Below, piece by piece: positions 39,776 through 54,465 of a stretch of 64,000 bases of DNA. The stretch lies in NCBI RefSeq assembly GCF_009914755.1, contig NC_060929.1. One strand, written 5' to 3'. This DNA is from the human T2T-CHM13v2.0 reference genome, Homo sapiens. Position 1 is the first letter of the stretch; every line of letters begins with the position of its first letter. Position numbers and translations under genes: made by a program. The notes below the pieces were generated by a model that was not told the origin of the DNA, did no database searches, and worked only from the letters and a program-made list of their open reading frames with translations.

Positions 39776-41130
39776 ACACTCAATCCTATGAACGACTCCA
39801 TGAAGTAGTGTATGAAGGAGAGTTCCTCATGCATGTGGATTTGCACATGGGGATTCAGATACAAGAAGACAATTTAGTTTACATAGAGATGTGCTTTTTT
39901 AAAGAAATTTTTAAGAATACAAAATTATATGGAACAAAAAAGATAGGTCCTCTGCTGTCTAGAAATTAAAGTACGTCAATAATTTTATCCCTATGTAGAA
40001 TTACACAGCCATTGCCGGGGGCCACATCTGTAGGCCCATGGAAAAAAACATCTTTGCTCATTATTTCAGCCTGATTAGGGATACCATGAAGGGCTATTCC
40101 ATTAGGTCAGGTTTGCACAGTAATAAAAATGAAGCCAGTAGAGGATCTCGTGGAGCTCCTGGTATGATGATAAGTCTCTGAGTAACTTGTAAATAGTGCA
40201 ATTTTATGGAAATGTTGCAGCTAAGCTTTAAAGTAGTTGGCATTAGTTGTCAGACACAGCAACAGCTCTACAAAAGGCAATACGCTGAGTTCATTTTCAA
40301 CCAGCCCAAACTTGCCTCAGAAGATCCGGGATGTGGACACCCTGGTATATTTTTTCTAGAAAAGCTTATTTCCTTCCTCCAGATAAAGGTGTATGGTCAC
40401 TGAGGTGTTGTGCTGACAGAAGTGTTGATCTACTCTCTCCGTTAGACTGAAGGGCTCCAGGTGTGGCCACACTGGGCTTCTAAATGGCTAGCAAAGCCAC
40501 AGACGCATCCCTCTTGGTGTCTGAGGTGTTCACATTCCTGGGTCTTTCAGATCTGTATTCCTCATGAAAATAAAACCTCTCTACGACACACTGTGTCCTT
40601 GTGGGTTTTTAGTTTTACTAGGGAGTTTTTGTTTCCTTTTGCTTCCCTCCTTCTTTCTGCTTCCCTTCTAGTTAAACCTCTTTAGGATGGCTCATTAGCA
40701 ACTCGTTTTGAGTGGTTTGAGCTCTTTTGTTCACTGGGAAACAGATTTATGAAATGTTACTATTACCATGATTGTTATGTTTTTCCTTTTATGGCCTGTC
40801 CAGCTCAAGGCCCCATGCTTTCTGATACTGCTGATAAGGTTTTCTATTTCCAGATCAAATTAAAGCAAACCTTACTGGCCCTGTTACTGAAGCTGTGCAT
40901 GGGGGTCGTTTGCTGTGAGGTGTTTCTATGGCTTTGAGCCAGGGTATGAACATCTCTAGTGTTCATGTTATTTCCTGAGACTAGCACTCACGGGAAGTAG
41001 AATTTATTACAACCTGCTGTTTGAGTTCATGAAAAGTAGGACAATATGAGACTCTGGGGCAGTGAAAGACTTACTAGGATTCCTTCTGGAACTGACTCGT
41101 CAGCTCATTCATGTCTTACCCAGTCTTTAA

Positions 41131-41325
<195 letters not shown>

Positions 41326-43099
41326 TGAACTGTATTCGCTACATCCAAGTTTTTTGGATGATTTTATTAAAAGATGCAAGTTTTACATAGCAGCAAATAG
41401 GAAACTTGACTTAGCTTTAAAATCAGAAACTAGTAGGACTTTTCTGTGGATGTTTAGGAGGAATGCAGTAGTCAGTCAACTTTGGCATCTGATGTTTTCA
41501 TATCAAAAATTAATACTACAAATCATGCTGAGGACATTTATGTTGAAGACAAGCCAGGTCTCTTGTTCTCAGGCTTTGGGAGAGATATTGAAATTACACT
41601 GAAGGGTTATTAGCTTACTGTTCACTCAGCTCATCTGTGACTAAGGATATCTAATCTATTTCCAGAGCTCAGAATTCAGGCTTGTTAATCATATTCTCAG
41701 AGAAAAGAAATTGCAGGTTTCAAATGAATTTCACTTCTCACTCTCTGGGTGATTACCATTTGGCTAAGTTGAGGAAAGAGACACCTGAAATAGTTGAATG
41801 ATATACCCAGAAATTATGAGCTTCCTTCCCCATCTCTATAATTCTCCCTCCCTTTTTTATATCCCTCTCCTTGTAGAGAAGTCTCAATATGTTTAAACTA
41901 TGTTTCATAGCAGACCTAACTAAAACAAGGAAGAGTAATAGAAGGGAAAGGGAAGAGGAACTTTTCTGTCAGAAAGAAAACTGTGCTCTCTAACGGGTGG
42001 GAGACTTTTTTTTTTTTTAATGAGTACTTGATGTTTTTCCTTGCCTGGGCTTCTACAGAAGAAAGAAAGAATATATTTCTCCCATGCTATGACACTGAAT
42101 TTAGTTGTTGCTTTAAGAGTGTCAGACTCCCCTTCTCACCATTCAGCTCATGTTGGAAAACACAGTTTAACAGCAGACTTAGCGCCTTAAGATGTCCTCC
42201 CTGACCTTCTAGCCAAAAATAAATCCGTAGTAGTGAGCTGCTGAGGGTGACCACAGTCACTTAGAAAATGAGAAGAGTAAAATATGTTATTTTATCTCTT
42301 AAAGCAATTTAAAAATATTTATAGAAAAGAGTCATAATTGTTGGAAATATTTTTTGGTCTCTCTGGCGTTATAATGTCAACATTATGCAAGTCAAACATG
42401 GAGAGAATTGCAGGCTCCATTTCAGCAGCTTTTCCCATGGCTGGTTTTAGACCTTGGTTCTGAGCCAAAGAATTGCAGCTGAGATCCTCTGCTGTTCCAA
42501 AGTCATGGTGGCTTAATCTCTCGTTTCTTCATTAAGGTGACTTTCACTCCACTGGGCAAGATTTGAGGAATTTAAAAAACTTGTGAAATGAAAAGTATGG
42601 CATAGGAAATCTTTAAAGAAAATTAAAAATGCATCCCCAGCTGAGAGATTAGAGCTCAAATTACATTTTAGAACTAGAAAGTCTGCAAGGAGCATCTGTT
42701 TCAGCTGCTTCGACATTTTACTAAAACTTTGAGTTCCTGAGTGAAGAGAAAACATCACTAGTTGCTTTTAATGTTTGCTTTTTGTTTTTCTTTTTAATAG
42801 TTTTGTTTGATTCATTTATTTGTTCAGGGAGAGCAGAATATAAGCAAATGCAATAGTTTATACTAAACACAAATCACATATCCTACCAGTACTTACGCAT
42901 AAGAAGTAATTTAACAAAGAAGAACATTTTTGTCTCTTTTTTTTTTGTCTTATTGAACTAACCAATATTTCTTTTTCCTTTGGAATATGTGCATATTCCA
43001 GAATCCTTTCTTAAAATGGTCTAAGGATTAAGGATGGGGCATGATGTTTATGTAAGAAGGCATATGTAAGCACGTTCCAGTGTGTGTGTGCATGCTTGG

Positions 43100-43102
<3 letters not shown>

Positions 43103-43138
<36 letters not shown>
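43103..43138. repeat. (TG)18 microsatellite, GHR intron 2
   Basis: Perfect TG run. Confidence 0.95.
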
Positions 43139-43140
<2 letters not shown>

Positions 43141-44921
43141 CTAGTTCTGGCCACTTATCTAATGAATGGGTTCATGGGTTCAGCCAAAGTTACTGCATAA
43201 CATGACATGGGTCAGTCTCAGATAATATTTATGGACCATGTGTTTGTTTTTCTGCCAGGTCTGGATTGTAGCCAAATCATTTTATTTTTATTGTGTCTCC
43301 TATTGAATAAGGCAGACTAAAAATATAGATTAAATTTTTAAAAAGAAAAGATACTACTATTGAATTCAGTTTGTTCAGTGAAAGATGTGGCATTGATGGG
43401 TAAGTGATCTTGGAAGCATCACCTGGAGAAAAGTCACCCAGGAGCTGGTAGAAGATGACAGACCTGTATGCGTAGGGAAGGGTAGCACTTGAGCAGGGAT
43501 TTTCTTGCTTGGGCAGATGAGCAATTAGAAATATACTGGCCCTGAAAGGATTTTTTTTTATTAAATCTAATTGCCCTGTGGGAAATTTAATGAGAACTAA
43601 ATTTGAACAGTGCCATTATTGTGTTAGCTAAAGTGTTGTAATAGATGTTTTCTGTCTCTCATCCTTAATATGAAGTTCTCATCCTTAATATGAAGCTCTA
43701 TATCTGCTCCTCAAAGCCAGTTACATAGTCTAGAGGAGAATTTTTTATTCCAAAATCAGGAATGATCCACAATGCCTTGTTTTCAAAGGGCTTCACATGG
43801 TTGACCTATCAACTGATTGTATCAAAATTGCTGCTGCTGGAATAATGTTGCTAATGAGAAATGTGCATAAAGATCTAATGGATATAAGTATTCTTCCAAG
43901 GAGTGCCTGTTATAAATTAGGTCGTATATCTCTACTATTTCAATCAGTCTACCCTTGAATATACCCTTTGACCTCAGTAACCTAAGGTGGAAGTAAGCAA
44001 GCCCCTGCCTTGTAGTTCAGTCTAGCTGGGACATGAGGAATGTCTTGAAATTAATGAGAGCCTGTATACCTTTAAAGTCTAGATTGTGTGATGAAGAGAA
44101 ATGGTCAAGATGCCCTGAAAAAGAATAGATCAAGGTGGACTAGAATAGTTAATTCAACAAATTCAGTGTACTGATAATTCTTAAGAGCTTCCTATTTTCA
44201 AAGCCTGCACCTATGGCTATGAGGAATACATTGATTCTTCCCTCAAGGAACTTTTCATGGGTTAATAAATCAGGCATGTACACCAAGAATTACAATATCA
44301 GGCATTGTATATTAACTATCAAAATGGCTTGAATCACACTTTATAGAAGTGATGATGACGTGAGGGATACCTCAGCTGTGGTGAATTACAGCTTCATGAA
44401 GGAGGTTGACATTGTTTCTCTAGAGACTAGAATGTCAGGTTTAAGATTTTAAAAGGCTGAGAAGAACAGAAGGCTATTACAGGAATAACTTATGTGATAA
44501 AGCAACAACATAAACAGAAGTGTACAGATGTAGATATGAGATGTCTATGGACAACAATTCATTCACTTACTGTGCTAGTCAATGGATGGTTCTATTTTAT
44601 GCATTTAACATTCAACAAGCATTTCTTGAGCACTTACTTCGTGGAAGGCATAGGATTAATTTGGCCAGGGTGTGTGGTACATAGGTGCTATATTTGTAAT
44701 TATTCCCTTTGGAAGCAAACTTAGGTCAGTAGGTTTGAGTCAAATTATAGAAGGCCCAGAGATAGCAAAGGCATTATGGAAAAGGCAAGACTTGCTGGGC
44801 CCTTGAAGAATCGGTAGCATTTGGAGAGGAAGAAAAGAAAGAGGAAGTGTATGCCATATCCAGCAAGTAATAGTCCTCAATATTGGAGGCCAGACAAAAG
44901 CGCTACCTGCATGATGGAATA

Positions 44922-45110
44922 GTGTGTGTGTGTGCATATGTGTGATATTCATATGTAACATATATAGTATCTACATGTAATATTGATATATAATATTTAC
45001 ATACAACATATTTATATTTGTATGTGTGTAATACATACACTATATGTACACATATACATATACATGTATATATATGTACACTATATGTATATAGTATATG
45101 TATGTGCACA
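44922..45110. repeat. Degenerate TA/CA/TG low-complexity tract
   Basis: Alternating purine-pyrimidine sequence that gives spurious Y/I/H-rich ORFs. Confidence 0.8.
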
Positions 45111-45882
45111 CCAGTGAGGTGTGGCTTGCAGGCAAAGCACATAATTGACATCACTCAAATTCTGCAAAAGGTGTTATATCATTCTGTACCATTCAAAGTA
45201 AGAGACTTAGGAATGAGATGCCACATCCTAAGGGAACCAAGAGCCCCAAAATAATTTTTTCTGTATATTTTGAACATTTTTCATAAACCTATGCACACTG
45301 ACAAAACACTTACTTGAAAGGAAAGACACCCCTGTTCTCATTGCTATCAGACAGCAACAATTTATTTTTTAAAATAAACTCTATTCCACCACAGTAAAGT
45401 TCCACAGAGCTATGAGAGGATGTCAAGACATGTCAGATATATTTCACACAAGTATTAGAGTCATGGTTTCAGTTAGTAAACAGTAATGAATGCATCTGTT
45501 AAATGTGTTCAAGAATGAACACTTCAAGGCTTTCCATTCACAGTGAAGGTGGGGAAAAAAGCCACAGAGCTTTTGATTGCTGCTGTCTTCACCATAATCC
45601 AGAGGCAAGAAGAAATCTTATGGTGTGTTCTAGTGCAATGGCCTGCGTCCATGTACATCAGCAATCCTCTGTCCCCTTGTCCTCCTGATATTGCAGAATT
45701 TATTTGATGTTGGAGTTCAGCAGGTCACAGCAAGCTGGATTAATCTAGATGGTGCCAATGTAGATAATGACACATAAAAAGTCTTTCAAGAAGCTTTTAT
45801 TAAGTCATTTTACAGATTCAAGGAGGAATTTCATGTATTTATTTATTTATTCATTCAATTTTGCATGCATGCATTTATTCAT

Positions 45883-46010
45883 TTTTTTGTTTTAGAGATA
45901 GGAACTTGCTATGTTGTGCAGGCCCCAAACAGTTCTACTAGCTTCAAACAATCCTTCTTCAGCCTGCAGAGTAGTTGGCATTATAGGTATGAGCCACTGT
46001 GCCCAGCCCA
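45883..46010 (-). mobile_element. Free Alu monomer (FLAM-like)
   Basis: TTTAGAGATAGGAACTTGCTATGTTG...GCATTATAGGTATGAGCCACTGTGCCCAGCC. Confidence 0.75.
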
Positions 46011-47389
46011 AGGAAGAATTTTGAATGTATATTCCTGCTTTTAAGGAGCTCACAGTCTTTAGAAGAGAAAACAGAGAAATAAACATAATTTAATTGTGAT
46101 CCTCTTAGATTATTAAAGGGTTTTAATCTAGGTAATAATACTGTTAGATTTTTACTTTGTCAATAATACTAGTAATAGGATAAAAGTGAATTTGAAAGGG
46201 ATGAATTAGAGGAGGAAGTTGATGACAATAGGTCAGGAGAGAGATAATCTAAGTGTGACAGGGATGATAAAAAATAGATGGATCACAAACACGGGGATGT
46301 TAAGAAGACAGAATTACCAGTACTCAGAGTCTAATTAACCTGTGGATTTTTGACTCGGGGAACTATCAGTGCCTTCTTTTCCATCCATTTCTAAGTTTCT
46401 GCATTTTTAATTAATGTGATCATCAGCAATGACTCACGTTTAATGCAGTGAAGTCCTGGTGCACAGTTCAGCCTATTAGCACTAAAGTGGCACTTGCACA
46501 GAACAACTCTGTAGGGGAGGAAACATGCTGAGGCTGGATGACAGCAGAGTGTCTAAGCTACGCTTCTTTTGTACTATTTCTCTGAACTCCTCATGCCTGT
46601 GTCTACCCTGGGTCCTGCAGCTGTCTGCTCAGCTCTGCAGTATGGCTGTGGTATGGCTCAGGCTACTATGCAGTGAGGGTCTACAGCAAGGACAAAGGTC
46701 TGAACTCCCTCCTCATTGTAGTCTCTGGACATGTGTGACTCTATCCCAAAACCTTGACAATCCCCCAGATATTTTGTCATTGCTAGAGTATGTACTTACT
46801 CATGGGATACAATAAAATATATGCAGGATGAGTTGAGAACAGCAGAGCCATGTGCTGGGCAGAGTCTGGGAGGTTGGTTAGGCTCCCACGGAAAATGAGT
46901 GACCTACCCCTACAAAGAAGCTGGCAGTGTGAGTGATTAGATTTGTGCCACAGCTAATTAGTAAATTGAAGGAGTGGGACCACCCAAGAATACTCAGAAC
47001 CCTGAATGTTAGTTAAATTCACACATGCCAGTGATAGAGTATATTTCTGGTCTTCCGCCTTAGATGCCAGCTCTTACGGGAACAGAGCCAGTCCTGGTTA
47101 TATAATAGAATGTTTCCACACCACTTTGGTTCAGTATCCTAAATTGTGGCTCTTGTTATGGGGTAGACAGGAATGAGGTTGACATAACGTATTTGGTGTT
47201 TGGTGATGGCAAAGAGTACCTGTTCATAGACACACCTGGTTGTCCACCTCTGGCTAGAGACCAACCCAAGTTCAACTGTGCAGAAGTCCATGTTGGCCTT
47301 TACTGGCCCAGCCAGCCTCTACCTGAGATCATTCCCTACAACAAGGGGCCCAGGATTCCTCAGTCACCCCAGCAGCTTTTCCCAAGGAA

Positions 47390-47960
47390 AACCATCTCAT
47401 GAAGAATTTGCCATTGATGATTTTCTCCTCACTGTGCATCGAAGTCAATGGGTTTATTACTGAGAGTTGGTTCCTTTTAAACCTTAACCTTACACTGTAT
47501 ATGATATAGAACTGTAGGCAGGCCAGGGTCATCAATAAAGACATTTTTGGGGCCTCTACTTGGCTTGTAACCACCTGCTTATCCACAGTACTGTGCACCT
47601 AGCTTGTCATCAGGCAGAGTCACCAGCAGCCACAACAAAAGGGTGCACCTTCGTCTTTTCCAAGCAGCAGGCAATGTGGCTCCATTTTAACTTTTCTGGC
47701 AATACTCACATGGATTGTTAAATAATGCTGTCAACAGTGTCATCTTCAAACCCAAAGCAAACTTCCTCATCATCTGTAGTTAGCAGCATGAAGACGGTGA
47801 TGATGTGTAACATAAACACACTTTGAAATCTGATGCAATTGACCCTACGAAGAGAGTATTCCTTAGTGCCCTGTCTGGCAACTTCTGGACAGACCAGGAG
47901 GCCTTGGGGCTTAGAGCACTTCTTCAGCCTCAGCTGCAAATCCATTTTTTCTTGTCCCTT
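47390..47960 (-). pseudogene. Decayed coding-like fossil, possibly a SAMD3-like/CACTA transposon-associated ORF
   Basis: Two minus frames join with one frameshift and several stops: FGFEDDTVDSII...HPFVVAAGD / VDKQVV...SLLMTLACLQFYIIYSV...FKRNQLSVINP. The similarity is from recall only. Confidence 0.3.
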
Positions 47961-50674
47961 GTTCCCAGGATGAAGCCACAGTGTTTCATCAGGTACATTT
48001 ATCAGGAATCTCTGTTTCTGTTTATATAACAATTTAACTTAAGCCTCAACCTTCACAGTGTACGCATCACATTTCCATGGAAGGATTGCAGGTATTAGAA
48101 GATGGTGGATCATGTCTTAACCACAGGGGAAATGTTTCAGGATGTTTTTATAGAAACTTTCACTAACAAGCAGGACACAGGATTGGCAGAGAGGTGGGGG
48201 TAGGAGGCAGGTGAAGGGTGGCATTTGTTGTGTTTCCCTCTTCTAAATGAAGTTATAATGACATCTGTGTTTCAAGAGTGTGGCAAGTTTGGACTGAGCT
48301 TGAAATAAATACAGTTTAATTGGTTTCAAATAACTGAACAAAATGACCATTCCATGCCCTGTGTAATAAAATGTTATAGAATTAAAACTTATTAGACGTT
48401 AAAATCCATGAAGGATATTTTGCTGGATGCCCATCCTTCAGCATTCTGATGAGGATCTTCGTGTATTTGTTCAATGAATAAGTGAATCAGCAGCTAAATC
48501 CTGACCTTTGATTTCCTCAGTTCTCTCCTGCAATTGTCACTGATGCTCTCATCTCCAGTCCTGAGCAAGGCAGGAGTTGAATTAGTATCCCCTTATAGTG
48601 GGAGGGGTCTAGAAATAGCTGTGCCACTTTAGAAGCTAGGCTTTGTGGGCTTTTCCGGGGGATGGAATGATTTCATTTTCCTGCTTTCTACTCCACATAC
48701 CACCAAGATCAGAATTCTGCCCTAAACACTAATGTGTGGGAGCCTGATGTCCTGCCTAAGTCTTGTCAACCTCTTTCCAGGTGACTGAACTCCGAACCCC
48801 ATGCACCAGTCACTGGCCAACATTCTGCATTAAGTGACCCGGTCACCCAGCACCATCCCCCTGACACCACCTTTATCTCTACACCACCTGCCTCCTGCCT
48901 GATTAAATCTCCTCAAATATTGACAGACATAATGATACCTGAAGATCCCAAATCCAAATTTTCTTTGCCCCTTTGGACATTGAACTTTAGATTACAAAAG
49001 ACCCTGACTAGGGATCCTGTGGATAGCTGAGTCAATTTTCTTAGCCCCATTCCTTAAATATCAAGTCTTTCTAATTTTCCAATGAGAGCACATGAAACTC
49101 TCAAGGTTAAAAGTCAATTTATATTAATAAAATCTTTAATTTCTTGATTTCTGAATATGAAAAAATGATACTTTGTGTATTTTTTAATTTTTTGGCAAAA
49201 CCTTCCAAATTTGTGGAAAGAGAAATAATATTGACTACTGGATAACCATGTGCTATGTGTAAATATTAACGGTTCACCTTAGTGGGCACTGACTTGATGA
49301 TGTTTGCCACATTATATTTTCCAGAGCCTTGGCTCTCCCAAAAAATGAGAGGTCATTTTTCAGGGGAGGACCATTTTGTGTTTGGCTAACATTTAGGACA
49401 TATAATTTCTTCTCCTCTACATGCCACTGACCCACTGCATCCCTGGTTGGAGCAAGAAGAGCCATGCTTTCCTTAATAATAGCTAATGGTGAAAGGATGT
49501 GTTGTAACAAGAGCAGAGGAATAGGGAAACAGGAGAAAGACAGTCAGTTGAAGAGTCCTGCCCTGTGTCAGGGCACCATTTGGCCAGCTGGGCTTGCTAG
49601 GAGTAGAATATAGAAAGTACATGAAGTGCCATACTCAGACAGCTCTGGCTACGTTGACAAACTGGTATATCATGGTGCCCAACTTTCTTTGTTAGCTGGG
49701 CCAGCATCATACCCTCTAGTATTTGCTCTGAACTTCGTAAGCACGGTTGACTAGCTTTCTTTTCCTCTGCAGTTATCATTCAGACTGAATAGTTTCTAAG
49801 AGGCTCTTAATGAGAAATAGAAGGAAGTAAGTTAACTTCTGTGCATACCTTGGCCATATTTGCTTGACAAACTGATGTGTATACTAAAGCCATTATGGGT
49901 GTGAAAGGCAAAAGTATAAGTGCTCCCCAGTATGACCTGGCTATTTTGTCTTACTTCTATATTTGATTGCTAAAAATATATGTTCTTGGGTCAAAAAACT
50001 CACTTTAAGGGAAAAAAATGGAAGAATATTAATAACCAAAATAGAAGAATATTAAGAACTTTAACATGAGATGTATTTAGATCAAAACCATCTCTTTTTG
50101 GATTTTTGCGGGTGATTTCTCCAACATGTTTAGAACTGGGTTGCTATTCACCCAAAGGTGGAAACTTTTGATGTTGGGGAATACCACTGATGCCTTAAAG
50201 CAGAGGGTAAAAGGAAAAGACTGAAATTCCAGGCTAAAATGAGGAGAGCATGGCCACCACTGAGCCCAAGGTAGCATTCAATAAATACTATATAAATTAC
50301 TGATTTATTTCTACAGTTGGTTGATAGAAGCTTACTATGATCTGCCTAAGGGTGCATCAAATTCCTCTGGTACTTTGATCCTATTCTTGACTATCACTTC
50401 CTTGGGGGCAGCAGTTAATCAGGTAGAGGCTTATCCTGTCAAGAGAGTAAAGGGAGCTATGGAGGAACTCGCTGGGAGGAGAAGCTGGTCCTCAGAGATG
50501 CTTAGGGTTTAGGACCAGTAAGAGGCAGTCTCCACACCACCCACATCTGATTCTTGTCTCCTTCTTCTCTGCTGTGGTCAGGAGAAACAGTTTAGATTAG
50601 GGACTTCAGAGCAGTGGTGTTGAACTTTGTCAAAACTGCATTTGAATCCCATTTATGAATTGTGTGATTTTTTT

Positions 50675-51512
<838 letters not shown>

Positions 51513-53336
51513 GTGACTTTGGTAGTTTCTTACATTCTCTGAGCCTCAGTTTTCTTATCTCTTAAGTCAGAGGAAAATGACTTGTTTAAAAAGGCTTCAA
51601 TGAGGTAACACAAGTAAAGCATGTATTGAGATTACTACACAGGAAAAGCAGTTGCTGAATACAATTAGTCAACTGGTAATTGGTAATAATTATGTAAAAT
51701 TCCTATAATTATAGGGAGCGCTATACAATTATTATATATAATTCCTATAATTGGAATTACCAATAGGCTAATTGTATTCAGTAACTACTGTTATTGTCCT
51801 CAAGTTGAGTTATTATTGCAAGCCCTGAGGGCTGAATAAACATGCAAACTAAACTGACATGTAGAATTTTATTTATAACAATATATGCCTAAAAGAAGCG
51901 GTTTATTTGCACAAGGAAATTTTGGAAGCTACAGATAATTTTAATAATGACTACAGAAAACTATCTTGAAGATGTTTCTAATGTTTAAGACATAATAGCA
52001 TAAGCCTTTATAAAATGGGATACTGTTATGTAGTTATAGTTGTAAGAATCAGTGTTTAAAGGATGGGTTTGATGAAATTGTACTACTCTAGTTCCTGTGC
52101 TTCTAATAAAATTAAATCTGATTAATACAGCAAGTAGGTCTTTGGTGAGTTGATTCTGATGCTGGGAGTGATTTTCTTAATTCTTGCTCAGAAAGCCATC
52201 CATGAGAATTAAATGAGATAGCATGTACAATACCTGGTATAGTTACTGGTAAGAGGTTTTCAGTAGAGACCAATCTCCTCTTTGTTTACCTTCTCATCAA
52301 GAGAGGAAGAACAAGGAAAATTAGGTTGCTTTTTTGAGAAAATACTTTAGGCCAATTACAATTATCTGAAAGTAGAATGAATTTCTAGGTTAGGCAAGAC
52401 TAGAGTTAAAACGTGGGTGTGCAGGGCTGACCTGCCAGGGTACTCTGTATGGAAGTACATGGAAATGTATGCCCAAATACAGCTTCATATAATTGTTTTG
52501 ATCATACACAGTTTCCACATGAGATTATATTTGAATGACTAATTCAGCAAATATAAAAAAGGAGAAAACCAGTGGACAAGATGATTCCTAAGGTTCCTTT
52601 CTTCCTGGTCTATGCCCTAGTGTATTATGAATTGATATTCACTGGAACACACAGTTACTGCTGGAGATTGAGTTATAAAAACATTCAAATGGGTTACTCC
52701 ATTATATCTACTTAGGAAATTTTTTTTTAAAATAACTGATAGATGTTCAGTTATGTGAAACGAAAGGTATTTCTGGCTACCCCTTTATAGTTGTGTACAT
52801 GACTGCAGAGCCATCATTTCATGCTTACTTCCCCACATTCATGTACCATTTTCTCAAAGGAAAATTATTGAATGAACTTGCTAGTTTTGATTCTGGGGTT
52901 TGTTTTAAACAACTGATATTTAAATCCACCTAGTCCTCTTTAGCTGTTCTCCTAGGAACTTTAATATTAACAAACAGCTGAACTTATACATTTTGTAAAA
53001 GAGTTCAGACAATGAATTCATTCTTCTTGAAATGCATGGAAGTACCCAGGTGCTAGCTACACCCAAGAGCCTTTTCTAAATACAAAAAGGATTGACAAAC
53101 CAAGCATTCATCCTGTCTGCGTCCAACAGTTCGGAATCAAACCATGAACTTGCTGTTCCTCTGTTTGTGGTTAGCTTGTTTGTATATTTTTAAGGAAGAT
53201 GATTCAATGCAAGAAGTAGTTTTATATAGTACGTTAAGTAAATTTCCTATACGATATACTTAATCAGAAAAATATTTTTGAACTAGAGCTCACAGAACAT
53301 ATGATTACAATAGTTTTCAGAAAGCAAGGGGCTAAA

Positions 53337-53552
53337 TGAGGATTTCTCAACCTTGGCACTATTGAGATTTTAGGTTAATTTATCTATGGTGGGAGGCGTG
53401 TCCTGTGCATTGTAGCATATTTATCAGCAGTTGTGACCTCGTACCCACTAGATACCAGTAGTCCCCCTTCTCAGTTGCAACAACCAAAACAACTATAGAC
53501 ATTGCTAAGTGTTCTCTAGGGGTCAAAATGGCTCCTGCTTGAGAACCACAGT
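53337..53552 (+). mobile_element. MER20 (hAT-Charlie)
   Basis: TTTCTCAACCTTGGCACTATTGAGATTTT...CCCACTAGATACCAGTAG...TTGAGAACCAC. Confidence 0.85.
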
Positions 53553-54374
53553 CTAGATCTGGTAGTTGCATATTGAACTGACAGTCCCCAGGATTGTTGT
53601 GGGGATCAAATTAGATAAAACTTGTTTATATTTTTTAAAAAGTAAAACTAATACATATAGTTACATTACACCTCTTCTTTTCATTTGTTACTCATCTAAG
53701 ATTTTTTGAGCCAGATGATGGAGACCCATAAATAAATTAACCTTAAGAGGCTCAAAGGTTTGCCAGGTAAACAAAGAGTTAGAAGAAAAAGAGAGATCAT
53801 GTCAGATGTGCCTTAATGAATGTGTGTGTAACATGTACAAAAAGTTATGGGAACCCCAAGAAAGAAAAGACTCCTTTTGAATGAAATCAGAGAAAACCAA
53901 CTGGACCATACAGTTGAAGCTCTATAACAGGAATTACCAATTAACTAATTGTAACTAAATACTCTTTTATACAATGTCATATATTCATGTAGTTTTTAAA
54001 TCTAGAAGTAGTTAAGGTTCATAATTGTCATTTCTCAGGGACACTACTGAAGTGGTATCAAATCTAAATGAGCAACTTAAGAATTGAAGTTGTCAGACAG
54101 CTGTTAATTCCCCTTTTTCATACCTGCTCCAATGATAGCCAACAATCAAACAAAAATAATAAAATAAAAACGAAAGCAAAAAATACAACTCAGATTTCAC
54201 TACGTACAGCAATAAATATCAGAGACATTAGGGAATAATAATAGGTCAAAGCAGAAATTCATTCCTCAGCATGTTCTTCAAGTGGAAGAATTAGGTCTGT
54301 TTTAGTTCTGTTGATTCTAAAAGAAACATTCAGGCTATCAAGAAAACCTGTTTTAAACTCTAAATCTGACACTA

Positions 54375-54406
54375 TAGATAGATAGATAGATAGATAGATG
54401 ATAGAT

Positions 54407-54451
<45 letters not shown>

Positions 54452-54465
54452 CAGATAGATAGATA
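54375..54465. repeat. (GATA)n tetranucleotide STR, interrupted
   Basis: About 20 AGAT units with GAT, ATAT and GACA interruptions. Confidence 0.95.

Noticed and set aside
43657-43696. 20-bp tandem duplication TCTCATCCTTAATATGAAG(T/C)
   Set aside because: Ordinary slippage duplication with no further structure.
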